DNA from: Squalus acanthias
Taxonomy: Eukaryota
Direction: 5' to 3'
Assembly: GCA_030390025.1 (NCBI GenBank)
Contig: CM059433.1
Location: forward strand, 26,290,001-26,354,000
DNA: 64,000 bases
Shown: piece after piece, positions 25,778 to 38,859 of the stretch
Position numbering within the stretch: position 1 is the stretch's first letter
How the letters are laid out: each line of letters opens with the position of its first letter
Position numbers and translations under genes: made by a program
Notes under the pieces: model-generated
Database searches by the model: none
Seen by the model: only the letters and a program-made list of their open reading frames with translations
What the model was told of the DNA's origin: nothing

Positions 25778-25978
25778 TGTCCTTACCAGGTCTGGCCTAT
25801 ATGTGATGTGGTTGTCTCTTAACTGCCCTCTGAAGTGGCCTAGCAAGCCATTCCGCTCTATCAAACTGCACTGCAGTGGTTTAAGAAGAATGGCCACTGC
25901 CACCTTATCGACAACTAGGGATGGGCAATAAATGTCAGCCTTGTCAGCAACGCCCATATCCCGAGAATTAATAAAAAT
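25778..25978 (+). mobile_element. 3' half of the tRNA-SINE family seen at 32745-33180
   Basis: Matches the reverse complement of 32760-32965. Confidence 0.75.
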
Positions 25979-26671
25979 ACATTAAGGGAAAGAAATCCCT
26001 TTTGGCTCACATAATGGGATGGGCTCAGAGTAGGGTTTCGTATGGCCACATGAGCGCAATGCACTGTTCCAAGCACTCATGGAAATCCAGTGAGAAAATT
26101 AAAAGTTAATGGCTGCTCTATCATTTGTCTTGCTCCTACAGCAAATATAATGAACCTGGCTGCCCCGATAAAGAGGACATTCATTATTTTCCTTATGCAG
26201 GAATGCGCAGCAAATTGACTGTCCTGGCAGAAGTCACTTGTTACCCCTTGGAATGATCCAGTGGCCAGGAAATTAAGTGCCATTGCCTATTGTACCAGAA
26301 CAATTTTTCAGTTCATGCTTAGAATTTTTAAACAACATAAAATGTTAAAAACCTATATAAAATGCAGAGCACAGTATGAATGATCACTTGGGTAATTTTG
26401 ATTTTGCTCAATAGTGTAAAACAAGTGATAGTGGATCAGCCACCCATTATACATCTCTCCTGATGCTCAGTTCCATTGACTTCAATAGAAATAATGAATG
26501 ATGAAACAATGGAAATAACTTAAATGAATAGATCTTACTGCCTCGGTAAAGTGTGAATTAGAAGATGCTTTATATGAATAAGTACATACTTGGACACTTG
26601 TATATTAAGATATTAGCTATGATTGTTAAGTATATAAATAATGAAAGACAAAGAAAATATATCGCTCATAC

Positions 26672-26820
26672 CCTCGAACTGGAATGCTGCCCTCTTTCGC
26701 TGATCTGATCACCTCCTCAAACCGGTGCATGCTTTCCTCAATGGAGCAATTAGTGTTCATTTTACTGAATGTTTCAGATGCTGCTCCAAAAACGGCCACT
26801 TCTTTCGCACCTGCTTCAAT
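26672..26820 (-). CDS. HMGCLL1: HMG-CoA lyase-like 1, internal coding exon (149 bp; IEAGAKEVAVFGAASETFSKMNTNCSIEESMHRFEEVIRSAKEGSIPVRG)
   Basis: Acceptor tacttcag|ATT and donor CGAGG|gtatga, phase 0/2, compatible with both neighbouring exons. FGAASE..NCSIEES motif. EESM..FEEV..SA is HMGCLL1-like. Confidence 0.85.
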
Positions 26821-27621
26821 CTGAAGTAAAACAATAGTCATCATTCCACTAAACAAACTGCATAGAATTACATAGAATGTATCATTCTATTATATAGTTC
26901 ATTTGTCATATCCGTCACAACGTTCTTCAGTGTTTGAGAATGCATATTCTTCTGTTGATTGAAGCACTCAGAGTGTAGAAGAGCATTATATTCATTTGCA
27001 AGGACGAAACTATCTCCAAAGCACATTATCATGTCACCTGTCATGATTAAAATGAAGCACACCTCTTCTCCTTTGAGAAAAAAAAATATCCAATACTTTT
27101 CCATGTTTTAACTCTGTCCATTTATTCGCGTTGCAAAATAATTCTGTGAATCATGATTATATTTTTCAGACATGAAAAAACAAATTGTCCCATTCTTTGG
27201 AATAAATTGGTCCCCAGGAACATATGAGGAAAATTACCTTTTATTAAAAAGTTTTATAGCTGAATGAAATAAATGCTGCTGACTCCTTAAACGTAATATC
27301 ATTACAGTACATCTAGTTAAAAAAACATGTTTTAAATTGTGAGTTATTGTGGAAACTTCCAAGATAAGGCATGTGGAATGTCTAATGAAAATGCTAATTG
27401 GGCAACATTTTATTTTATTCATTTAAAAGTCATTTTTAATGTTGAAATCTTTTAAAATTCCACAAATAACATTGTTTCAAAAACATCTTTAATGTTACAA
27501 TTAATACTATAATCAGAGTGGAATGTTCTCAGCCTGCGAGTACATATCCCAGGCAACTTTCCTGTTAGATGGGAAATGTAAAACATTTTAGGAATCGTGA
27601 GAGACCCAATTGTCCTACTAA

Positions 27622-28401
27622 GGGCTGGATTTTGTCTTGGGGTCGGGTTGGGGTCATGTGATCCACATTTCGTGTTGCTCCCCCGACTCCAGATTAATGT
27701 GGATGAATGATGCAATTTTAACTTAATTGGGCAATTGAGTTCCAGCATGTGGGAACCCATGAACCAATTAGTGGTTTGAGTCTGAAAGTCGCCTCTGATG
27801 ATGTCATCATTGCAGAGACTGCCTGGTCTCAGAGATTGCCTGGCCTTTGCTGTGAGTGGACCTGCCTGGCTTTTGCTGTGAGTGGACGTGGATGCAAAAT
27901 GAGCAGCAGCAGCTGAGAGAGAGAGAGAGAGAGAGGGAGAGAAATAATTTTTTTTCCATCCAGGTCCTCTCACAGCAAGGCCAGGCAGTCTCTGAAGACA
28001 TTCAATGGAGCAGCATCAACTTTCAGACCTAATACTACTACTACCTTCATCACATCTCCGTTGTAATAGTGGACCTGCAGCCGATAGTCAGCTATCCACT
28101 TGTGGTCCCGCCAGGTTTCACTGGAGTGTTTCACATCAGGCGTACTTCACGTCGGAAAAGGGTTAAACTAGCTAAAACGTTTCAAAATGGCATTACAGAG
28201 CCAATTTAGGGCTTGTTAAGGGCTTTAATGGCCTCTCCTGCCTCTTGGAGGCGGGACGAAGTCGGGAACCCCGCGACTGATTTTGTCAAAATTGCGTGGA
28301 GGCGGGATGGAGTCGGGATGGGGTCGGGACCCCCGACCCCGCAACTTTAACCCCCCACACGCCTCCAAACCCGACTCCACGGGTCATTGAAAATCCAGCC
28401 C
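27622..28401. mobile_element. Non-autonomous Harbinger (H1/H5 family derivative, 780 bp)
   Basis: TIR GGGCTGGATTTT, TSD TAA. Both subterminal regions align with H1/H5. Confidence 0.9.
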
Positions 28402-28761
28402 TAAGTCTTTTTGACCGATCTGATTTTCCCACCTCAAATCTTTACAATCACAAAGCCTTCTGGCTCACGTTTCAGACTAATTCAAGTATTCTTGCCTACT
28501 ATTTACTGAGTTCTTTCATGTTATGTGATCCACCCCCTAGTTCATGCTGTGCCATCCAGTTTTATGTCCAATGTTGACCTTCAACCACAATATCAGTGGG
28601 GATTGGGACAGGAGGCCTGAATGTGCTTGTGATTTCTGGGGAGTGGGGGCTTAGAACGAGCATATCCAGCATTTTTGGAGGTAGATTCTGAGGTGGAATC
28701 CATTTGCGCCAGAGTTTCCACCTTATATCAGTTTCTGGCATAGTCTGGGGGTCTTCTCGAA

Positions 28762-30458
28762 ATAGAAGCATAGAAACATAGAAGATAGTAGCAGGAGTAG
28801 GCCATTTGGCCCCTCGAGCCTGCTCCACCATTTAATGAGATCATGGCTGATCATCCAAATTCAGTACCCTGTCCCTGCTTTCTCCCCATATCCCTTGATC
28901 CCTTTAGCCTTAAGAAATATATCTATCTCCTTCTTGAATATATTTAATGAATTGGCCTCAACTGCCTTCTGTGGTAGAGAATTCCACAGGTTCACCACTC
29001 TCTGGGTGAAGAAATTCCTCCTCATCTCAGTCCTAAATGGCTTACCCCTTATCCTAAGACTGTGACCTCTGGTTCTGGACTCCCCCGCCATCGGGAACAT
29101 CCTTCCTGCATCTAGTCTGTCTAGTCCTGTTAGAATTTTATAAGTTTCAATGAGATCCCCTCTCATTCTTCTAAACTCTAGCGAATATAAGCCTAATCGA
29201 CCCAATCTCTCTTCATATGTCATTCCTGCCATCCCAGGTATCAGTCTGGTAAATCTTTGCTGCACTCCCTCCATGGCAAGAACATCCTTCCTCAGATAAG
29301 GCGACCAAAACTGCACACAATACTCAAGGTGTGGTCTCACCAAGGCCTTGTACAACTGCAGCAAGACATCCTTGCTCCTGTAATCGAATCCTCTCGCTAT
29401 GAAGGCCAACATACCATTTGTCTTCTTAATCGCCTGCTGCACCTGCATGCTTACCTTCAGCGACTGCTGCACAAGGACTCCCAGATCTGGTTGCACTTCC
29501 CCTTTTCCCAATCTATTGCCGTTCAGATAATAATCTGTCAGGCTTACCGGTCTATAATTCCCAGTTTTTTCTCTACCACTTTTTTGAAATAGTGGGGTTA
29601 CATTAGCTACCCTCCAATCCATGGGAACTGTTCCAGAGTCTATAGAATTTTGAAAGATGACCAGCAATGCATCTACTATTTCTAGGGCCACTTCCTTAAG
29701 TACCCTAGGATGTAGATTATCAGGCCCTGGGGATTTATCGGCCTTCAATCCCATCAATTTCCCTAACACCATTTCCCTACAAATACTGATTTCATTCAAT
29801 TCCTCCCTCTCATTAGACCCTATGTTCCCCAACATCTCTGGGAGGTTATTCGTGTCCTCCTTTGTGAAGACAGAACCAAAGTATATATTTAATTGGTCTG
29901 CCATTTCTTTGTTCCCCATTATAAATTCCCCTGATTCTGACTGCAAGGGACCTACGCTTGACTTCACCAATCTTTTTCTCTTCACATATCTATAGAAGCT
30001 TTTACAGTCAGTTTTTATGTTCCCTGCAAGCTTACTCTCATACTCTATTTCCCCCCTCTTAATTAATCTCTTTGTCCTCCTTTGCTGAATCCTAAACTGC
30101 TCCCAATCCTCAGGTTTGCTGCTTTTTCTGGCCAATTTATATGTCCTCTCCTTGGATCTTATGCTTTCCCTAATTTCCCTTGTTAGCCACGGTTGAGTCA
30201 CCTTTTTGGTGTTATTTTTATGCCAAACAGGGATGAACAAATTCTGTAGTTCATCCATGCAATCTTTAAATATCCACCGTCAACCCTTTAAGTAATGTTC
30301 CCCAATCCATCCTAGCCAACTCGCGCCTCATACCATCGTAGTTTCCTTTATTTAAATTCAGGACCCTAGTCTCTGAGTCAACTACTTCACTCTCCATTTT
30401 AATGAAGAATTCTATCATATTATGATCGCTCCGCCCCAAGGGGCCTCGCACAACAAGA
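28762..30458 (-). mobile_element. 5'-truncated CR1 with an internal in-frame RT deletion
   Basis: ORF 28861-30258 jumps RPVSLT|DYYLNG; tail (TATGTTTC)-like. Confidence 0.93.
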
Positions 30459-31653
30459 TGAAATACACATGCCATTGCTGCTGGGAGATCGTTAAAATAA
30501 ATGCTAATGAATGGGAATGATGTTGGCGTGCTGAGAACCAATTATTTGAACCCCTATTGCACCAAGAGTGATTAATGGCAAGTTAAAAGAGGTGCACCGG
30601 TTGCCAATCGCAGCTGAATCTGGTGGGAATGCTTTTTGACCTTGCACTTGGATAGTCCTGCTCTTGGCACTGACAGCCTAAGGGCCTGTGAGACCACTAG
30701 GATATTTTTGTTTTAACCCACACTCGGAGGCTCTGAGTCCCAGCTATAGGGTTCCCAATGGGAATTCTCTTGTTTGAAATTTTAATGAAGGAAACGGAGT
30801 AGTACAGGAAGGAGGAAAGGAGAGTGACACGAGTGACAAAGGAGGTTGTGTCCCACAAGATAATATCACCCAATTCCCTACCCGCCCCCCAAAAAAATTA
30901 CAGGCCATGAAGATCTCAGTTAAAATTCCCCCATTGTATCTCTATCTCATGCACACCTCAAAAAATGGCACATCCCGTAGCTGCATCACAAATTTTTCAG
31001 TCTTGGCAAGTTGCAGTGAATAAACTATACTGCTATTGGTTGACATTATTCAAAAGTAGTGGCAAGCAAATTTGTTCCTGCATAACCATTTCATGTAAAA
31101 AACATGCCTTGCTTCTTATTCTCTTTCCCTTTCCTTTAGTGTCTATGTCCTTCTCTTTTTCCTTCTTTCTCACAGTCTATTTTTCCTTTTACTTACCTAG
31201 TGACCTGCTTGCTTTGTCACAAGTGGCAATAATACTCATAAATAATGGGAAGTATATAGAAGCCATTATCCTTTCCCTGCAGTACACGTTCATGCACACT
31301 TCACCTCACAGAGTTAGTGCTATATGACTCTCTTGAAACACCCAGATAAAAATACAAATAATTTAGATGTTGCAACAATACCCCTCCACTCAACTTAAAA
31401 TTCCCTGTGCTATATATAGCCCGCATGCATAACTGGGCTTTGGAGTTGCAAGAAAAGTATTTGTTTTACATTAGGAGACATTTTAGAAAATACTGCCAAC
31501 TGCATCATAGCAGTATTTCCCAGCAGAACTACTCACCCTACTTCAACATTAATTGGACTAATATTTGAAGGTCTAAGATCAACTTTCGCCACACAATATA
31601 GTGTTATTTTTGAAGTATTTATGAAGTAATAATATCGACATAAATATACTTAC

Positions 31654-31749
31654 TGCAGCCTGAAAGCCATGGAGATTTGGTGTTAATACAGGATAACATA
31701 CTTGCGGGCACTTCTTTATTCCTTGCATGACTTCTGTGTGATCTGCCAT
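31654..31749 (-). CDS. HMGCLL1: HMG-CoA lyase-like 1, internal coding exon (96 bp; [32 protein letters not shown])
   Basis: Acceptor ttgtcag|ATG and donor GCA|gtaagt, phase 0/0. YPVLTPNL is the HMG-CoA lyase motif and the size matches the conserved vertebrate exon. MADHTEVM is closer to recalled HMGCLL1 than to HMGCL (MGDHTEVL). Family is near-certain; the paralogue is less so. Confidence 0.85.
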
Positions 31750-31929
31750 CTGACAAGAGAAAGTGCACAAATGATGCATAATATTTTTAATCTGTTCCTC
31801 ATAAATATTTCGTAATATAAATATGTACAAGTGGAAGGAGCATGTAAATAAAGCCGAGTTGGGGTGGAACTACATCATGGTGAGGACTGACCTGCTCAAA
31901 TTCATTCCATTAACACAGCAAACTTATTT

Positions 31930-33845
31930 GCCGCTAAATTCGGCTCCGTAGCGCCCATTGTTTGGGCGCTACGGGTGTCGATTCGGTTCCAAAATGGCGT
32001 CCGCGGCACGCGTGCACACTTCTGGTGCGGGGCAAGCCAGATGACAGCTTGCGTAGGGCATTATCACGTGCACAGGGAGCTTCCACCAGAAGTATGCAGA
32101 GTAGGCAGATCGTGCAACGCTGATTTGACGCCAGCGCTGCCATTTTGGAGCACAACGCTCCAGCTAACGCCCTCTCTTAAACACGCACAGCTGAACATGC
32201 ATTCAGCAGCAGGAAGGACCCCCCCCTCCAGCGCTATTTAAAGGGATCATCGCCCAATTGCCAGTTAATTTCTACTGGCTACTGCTTAGTTTGTAGAAGT
32301 GTTTGGCAATTTCTCGAGTTATTTCAAGTAGCTAAAGCCTACAGGGAGTGGTGTGGCAGGTGCTGAAGGAATTTGTCCTAACTTCAAGGATTCTGCACAG
32401 ACCACTTGCTCCCAGACATTGGTGCACCAGTAGGCATTCCACTTGCCCTACAGCATGACAGGGAGAATGAGCAGAGGTGACACAGACCAGGACAAGCTGT
32501 GAGAAGAGGGAGGAGGAGGAGGGGGAGAAGTGCTCTCAGCAGGAGCAATAATCCTACCTGAACCTCAGCGAGGAACAGTGTGTCAGACGTCTGCACTTCA
32601 CCAAGGACGTCCTCACTGAAATCTGCCATCTGCTGCAACCACAAAGCAGGCTGAGGACCGCATTGTCAGTGGCTGTGAAAGTCGCAGTGGCCATGAACTT
32701 TTATGCGCCAGGTTGGAGCAGGAGATATTTGCGACATCTCCCAGGTTTTTTTTATTTGTTCACAGGATGTGGGCGTCACTGGCAAGGCCAGCATTTATTG
32801 CCCATCCCGAATTGCCGAGAAGGTGGTGGTGAGCTGCCTTCCTGAACCACTGTAGTAGCAGTTTGGTGCAACTGAGTGACTTGCTCGGCCATTTCAGAAG
32901 GTAGTTAAGAGCCAACCACATTGCTGTGGGTCTGGAGTCACATATAGAACAGACCCAGGTAAGGACGGCAGATTTCTTTTCCGAAAGGACATTCCAAATA
33001 CGACAATCCAGCAGTTTCATGATCACCATTACTGACACTAGCTTTTTTATTCCTGAATTTAATTAACTGAATTTAAATTCCCCAGCTGTCGTGGTGGGAT
33101 TTGAACTCACGTCTCAGAATCATTAGTCCAGGCCTCTGGATTACTAGTCCAGTAACATAACCACTCTGCTACCGTAACCCTGCCATGCACTGTTGCATAT
33201 GGGAGGTAACTGAGGCTCTGTATTCCAAAAGAGCTGAATGCATTTCCTTCTCTCTGGCCAGAGAGCAGCAGGCGGAGCGAGCACGCACTTTTGCAAGGTT
33301 TTCAGGCTTTCCCATGGTGCAGGGTGCCATTGACTGCACGCACGTCACTTTGCGGGCGCCAGATGTAAACTCGGAGATGTGCCGCAACCTAAAGGGATTC
33401 CACTCCCTCAACGTCCAGCTTGTGAATGATGCAGGTCAATGCTTGGTATCCTGGCAGCAATCATGATGCCTTCATTCTGCGGCAGTGCGCTGGCTGTCTC
33501 ATCTGCATTTGAGCCACCAGGACCAACCAGAGGGTGGCTACTGGGCGACAAGTGCTATCCGTTAACGACATGGCTCATGACTCCGCTCCACTCCGCAACC
33601 CAACCACACGTGGGCAGCATGCGTACAACAAAAGCCATGCTGCCACATGAAGTTTCATCAAGCAGACCATTGGCGTGCTGAAGCAATGCTTCCACTGCCT
33701 GGACCACTCAGGAGGAGTCCTGCAGTACTCAGGAGAGAGGGTGTCGAGATTCGTGGTGGTCTGCTGCATGCTGTACAACCTGGCCATCATGAAGGCACAG
33801 CCCTTGCCACCAGCTGTACGGCGACCAGCTGAGGAGCAGGAGGAG

Positions 33846-33883
<38 letters not shown>

Positions 33884-35400
33884 AGGGAGGAGTCAACCCA
33901 TACAGCCCCTTTCTGGCCGAGCTGCCCGTGACCGACTCATCTGGCTGCGATACCAGTAAACGCAACCCCAATTCCACATTTACCAACCTTCCCTCTGTCA
34001 CTGACCATCACAGCATCCGCTTGGCCACAATGCAAAAATAAAAGCCGACACAAAATAAACATTCCAAACCAAATTTATAAATAAAATCATGTCATATTAT
34101 ATACAAACGTAAACTAATCACCCTGGTGCATTCCCTTAGTGGATGTTTTCCGTGTGCCTTTGTCTGTCTTAGTGTTCCTACGTAGTGCTACCCCAGTGAC
34201 TGCAGCATGGCTGGTGGAAGGCTGCTGACTTTCAGTGGAGGAGACTGCAGATGGCCTTGGAGGACAACCTCGAACAGCACCATCTCGGCATGGTCTTCAG
34301 CAGTCTGGGCTAGCTGGCTGACAGGCAACAGCAAGTGCACTGGCAGAGTGGCAGTGGTGGGAGGACGAATGCCGAGAGAGGAGAGCAGGTTCGTGCTCCA
34401 CGGAGCCACTGCTACTCCTCGGGGTGACACCTCAGCAATCTTAGTAATCTGTTGGAGGACAGATTGCTGGATTGCTGTGACACCCTGCAAGCCCCTTTGA
34501 ACACTGGTAAGCGTAGCCACGATGGCAGCAGCCTGAGCTTACGTAACAACAAGCTGAGCTTGGGTGGCAGCAAGCTGCGCCTGCATCACAGAAGTCTGAG
34601 CTTCCACTACAGCACCCAGATGTTGGGTGGCTTCTGCTTGTGCTGAAACTGAGACATCGGACATCAGACGCTGCATCCTGGTTGGGTCCGCAAGTGTGCT
34701 AATGGAGTTGGCCATCACTTCCATGCTGGAAAGGATGGGCTCCAAGCTCTGCTCAAAGACCTGTGCCAAGTTGGTGCCGGAGTTTCTGGCAAGCCTGCCA
34801 ATACACTAAGCATTTCATTGTGCATACCCATCAGCCTTCTTCTGTCTGCCCCATCCAAGTGCTCATCTGAGTCCTCTTCAGCAGAACACGTGTGTGACCT
34901 CGCCCTCTGGGGAGCAGGTACCTGCGCTACCCTTGCCCCCGCCCTTGCTGCAGGCCACTCGTGCCCGGTGTATCACGATGTGCAGATCCCGTGTCTAACC
35001 TATCCTCCAAAGTACGTCAGTATCTGAGTTGGTGGCTGTGAGTGTGAAATCGGGTGACAGTGCTGTGTCTTCAGTATTGCTGCCTTCTTCCTCTTCCAGT
35101 TCTTTCTCCTCCACCACTGCCTGGCCAGGTTGCAGTTCTTGGCTATCTGAACGGAGAAAGGCACAAGGGTAGGGTTGCGGGGAGGGGTGAAAGCAAGAGG
35201 TGCGAGCTTACACCATCTGCAGCTTGTAAATCAGAAGAGATTGTGGGATGAGGGAGAAGTGGGATGTGAGAAGAAGGATTAGGTATGAGGATACCGTCAA
35301 GTTTAATTGTTTCAGCCCCACTGCTCGCCACGGGCTCAGTGACGGCCGCTCCAAGAATCTCGAGCACTGACTAATGTTCCCTCTAATTTTTTTTTGTACT
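31930..35400. mobile_element. Degraded Harbinger H3: transposase + (~32420-33959), Myb/SANT remnants - (~34130-35370)
   Basis: [29 protein letters not shown] and FHCLDHSGG in shifted frames; left end gctaaattcggctccgtagcgccc; right end not identified. Confidence 0.85.
32745..33180 (-). mobile_element. tRNA-derived SINE inserted in the H3 transposase
   Basis: Head GGTAGCAGAGTGG, B box GAGTTCAAATCCC, LINE-like tail and A-rich end. It interrupts DISQ|FAMHCC. Confidence 0.85.
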
Positions 35401-35539
35401 GAGCGGGCCACGAACTCCTTTGAGCGTGACCTTCTCATCGACAGCAAATTTTAAAGCAACAACAACAACAACATTTACAACCACGACAGAAACAGCAATC
35501 ACTTGAAAGCATATATACACTAATGCCATATTGCCACTC

Positions 35540-35860
35540 CACTGTCTCAAATCATGGGACAATCAGACAAGGTTTTATTCAAGTTTAACATAACTTCTCT
35601 GCTTTTGAATTCTATTCTTCTAGAAATGAGCCCCAGTGCTTTATTTGCACTGTTATGGCTTTTTTAACCTGCGTTGCTACTTTTAATGATTTGTGAATCT
35701 ATACCCCTAGATCCCTTGGCACCTCTACCCCATTTAGACTCTTATTTTCCAAGGAGTAGGTCGCCCCCTTATTCCTCCTACCAAAATGCACCACCTCACA
35801 CTTACCTATATTGAAATTCATTTGTCATTTATATGCCCATTCTGCAAGTTTGTTTATGGT
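35540..35860 (-). mobile_element. Old CR1 RT C-terminal fragment
   Basis: Decayed WA..WQMNFN..KCEVVHFGRRN...DLGV.IHKSLKVATQV. Confidence 0.8.
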
Positions 35861-37889
35861 AGAATTACTTAAAAGCTTTTAGGTCGTCATGTACAAACTC
35901 TATTTAATAAAAAATTACTTGTCAGAAATGGGATATAAAAGAACTGCATAATAATGCATTAACACTTCAGAAACGTCACTCAGTTACATGGTTACGCATC
36001 AACAAACAATCCAAAAGCCCAAGGTGAGCTAAAAGAGGCATATCTATTCATGCAATTTGAATTATTTTTTGAAGTTTTCAACGTATTAGCCCATCCCTCA
36101 TGTCACTATAGCAGTGGCTGCACAAGCAGCAGGAGCAGTGGCTTTCCTATGGCGCTGACATGCTGTACATCCACATAAGTGATTAGAATATTAATCACAA
36201 TGCAACCAGACAACCAACTAATATAAAGTGCTGTAGTTCTTTAGTTCACAGTATTAAAAATAATTGAACAAAAACGGGTATTCGTATTTCCAACTTCAAT
36301 CATTTCCATTAATAAACGTTGTCTTCTTGAAGCAGCACAGCCCCCACCCCCCGCACCCCATGTAACAAGTCAGATATGCAGCACTTATTCACAAGTGCAG
36401 AAAAACACATACACAATTTGCATCACCGAATTAAAAACAAAAAGCAGGAAAAGCTATGATTTAACAGAAATAAACTTTCATCTTTCTTCCTGGACAGGAG
36501 AACCAATCAGACTGACTTGGAAATGTTTACTAATATGTTGATGTAAAGATGTTAATTTATGAATTTCTCTTCGAATGTTTTTCTCTCAAACATTTTCCGC
36601 AATATTAATCCCTGCTCTTATCATGAAAAATGTTGAATTATTTAAGGTACTTCCCAATTAAATAGCGGGAAACAAACTTCATTGTATTCTCAATTTTTAA
36701 TCTCCTATTTCACAACTTTTCTGCCAAGTCAAAATTTTACATTATCAGTTTAATCAAAGTATTTCCTGTGTCTTTCTCAATAAACAAATATTTGTTTCTT
36801 CTAAAGTAGCTTCCTGCAATTTTTATACATCATTACATAACTCGTGCTTCTATTAACTCTCCACTAAACATTTAAGAGGAAATCTATATTTACATTATTC
36901 CTGGGACTTGTTACGACTACAGAACAACAGACAAAATAACATGGTTTGTGTTTTTCCCCTTTTTTGGTTCTCTTCCTAAATGTCTTAATGATATTTTTTA
37001 GAAAGTCAATAAAAAGTAACATGTAACTCCTACAAATCCTCCCGCCCTCCCCCTCCTCAACAGCATGGTTGTATGTTTGTGTAAAGCTACTCACTTCAGT
37101 CGATCGTTCAAAATCAAATACTGAGAAATGTAAATTTTAAAATGTTTTAAGCATTTCAGAGCCTCTTTAAAAGCGTTTGGACTTCAAGACCTGGTTGAAA
37201 CTTGTTTAGATGAGGGGAAAATTGATTTTGTTTCTGTTTCTTCCAAAATCATATTTGAAAAAAGTGCTTTTAACACTCATTTTTTGTGAAAAATTCGTTA
37301 AAAATCTTTAAATTCTTTCAAGTCTTGTTGCAGCTTTGACAGAAGTTGCTCCAAGTTTCTCTTTCCCTCTTCAACGCTGTCGTTAAACATGCAACAAAAA
37401 ATAATAAACTCTAATTCCAAACGGAGCTTAAATAAGAAAGTGAATAAAGTGGTTAAACTTCCTAAGAAGGCGGTGAGGTTATCTATCCCCAGCCTTGGCG
37501 ATGAGTTGAGATCAGTTTTGGAGAAGTTGTTTCCTCTTTTTCTGCTGCCATTCCATCCGTCTCTCACAGACTCTGAGGTACAAACAGGGGCACAAACTTT
37601 TTCCCCACTCTCATAACATGCTTTAAATAACCCTGATAGACTCTTTCAAAAAGGGGACAACACCTGGCAAAATTTAACTGGAACTTACCGCGGGACATTC
37701 AACATCACTTTCCCGTATTTTTTTCCAGCTTTAAAAAATTCTCATTTTTGTTTCACTGGGGACCTAAAACCTGTTTGCTTAGCCTCCTTCCAGCAGCCAT
37801 TGTACACGTGCTGCGCCTCCACCTGTGTTGTTCCAAAGTGCGGCTGCCGCTCAGTCCCCGGGAACGGACTACACACGTCTGGACCCTCA

Positions 37890-38797
37890 CCCCTCTCTCT
37901 TCCCTCTTTCTCTGTCCCTCTGTCCCTCTCTCTCTCTCTCTCCCTCCGTCTCCCTCTGTCTCTCTCTCCCTCCCCCCAGTCTCTCTCCCCCCAGTCTCTC
38001 TTCCCCAGTCTCTCTCTCTCCCCCCAGTCTCTCTCCCCCAGTCTCTCTCTCTCCCCCAGTCTCACTCTCTCACCCAGTCTCTCTCTCTCCCCAGTCTCTC
38101 TCTCTCTCCCCCCAGTCTCTCTCCCCCAGTCTCTCTCTCTCTCCCCATCTCTCTCTCCCCCCAGTCTCTCTCCCCCAGTCTCTCTCTCTCCCCCCAGTCT
38201 CTCTCCCCCAGTCTCTCTCTCTCTCCCCAGTCTCTCTCTCTCTCCCCGTCTCTCTCTCTCCCCAGTCTCTCTCTCCCAGTCTCTCTCTCCCCATCTCTCT
38301 CTCCCCAGTCTCTCTCTCTCCCCCAGTCTCTCTCTCTCTCTCCCCCTTCTCTCTCTCTCCCAGTCTCTCTCTCTCTCTCCCCCTTCTCTCTCTCCCCCCA
38401 GTCTCTCTCCCCCAGTCTCTCTCTCTCTCCCCATCTCTCTCTCTCCCCAGTCTCTCTCCCCCAGTCTCTCTCTCTCCCCCCAGTCTCTCTCCCCGTCTCT
38501 CTCTCTCCCCAGCCTCTCTCTCCCAGTCTCTCTTTCCCCATCTCTCTCTCCCCAGTCTCTCTCTCACCCCCAGTCTCTCTCTCTCTCTCTCCCCCTTCTC
38601 TCTCTCCCAGTCTCTCTCTCTCTCTCCCCTTCTCTCTCTCTCCCAGTCTCTCTCTCTCTCTCCCAGTCTCTCTCTCTCCCAGTCTCTCTCTCTCTCCCCC
38701 TTCTCTCTCTCCCAGTCTCTCTCTCTCTCTCTCCCCCTTCTCTCTCTCTCCCAGTCTCTCTCTCTCTCCCTCCTCCGATTCCCTCTCTCTCCCCTTT
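37890..38797. repeat. ~900-bp CT-rich satellite (CCC[C]AG(TC)n units)
   Basis: Directly visible; almost pure pyrimidine on the plus strand. Confidence 0.97.
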
Positions 38798-38859
38798 CGA
38801 TCCTCGCTCTTCCCCCAACTGGCCACCAACAGATCCCCTGAACTGTGCATGGAGCCGAC

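Larger units (their letters stand above)
22640..26285. mobile_element. Heavily fragmented old Harbinger: Myb remnants (+) and transposase remnant 25990-26285 (-)
   Basis: ORF 26077-26283 ALNFLATGSFQ...SQFAAHSCI...GFP, and a KVAHN-like exon remnant near 23675. Boundaries are approximate. Confidence 0.55.

Noticed and set aside
26626..26856. Stand-alone 76-aa protein (also 31579-31830)
   Set aside because: These are lyase exons with intronic read-through.
36480..37700. Intronic C/D snoRNAs or a nested protein-coding gene
   Set aside because: No convincing C/D box pair with a terminal stem, and no substantial ORF.
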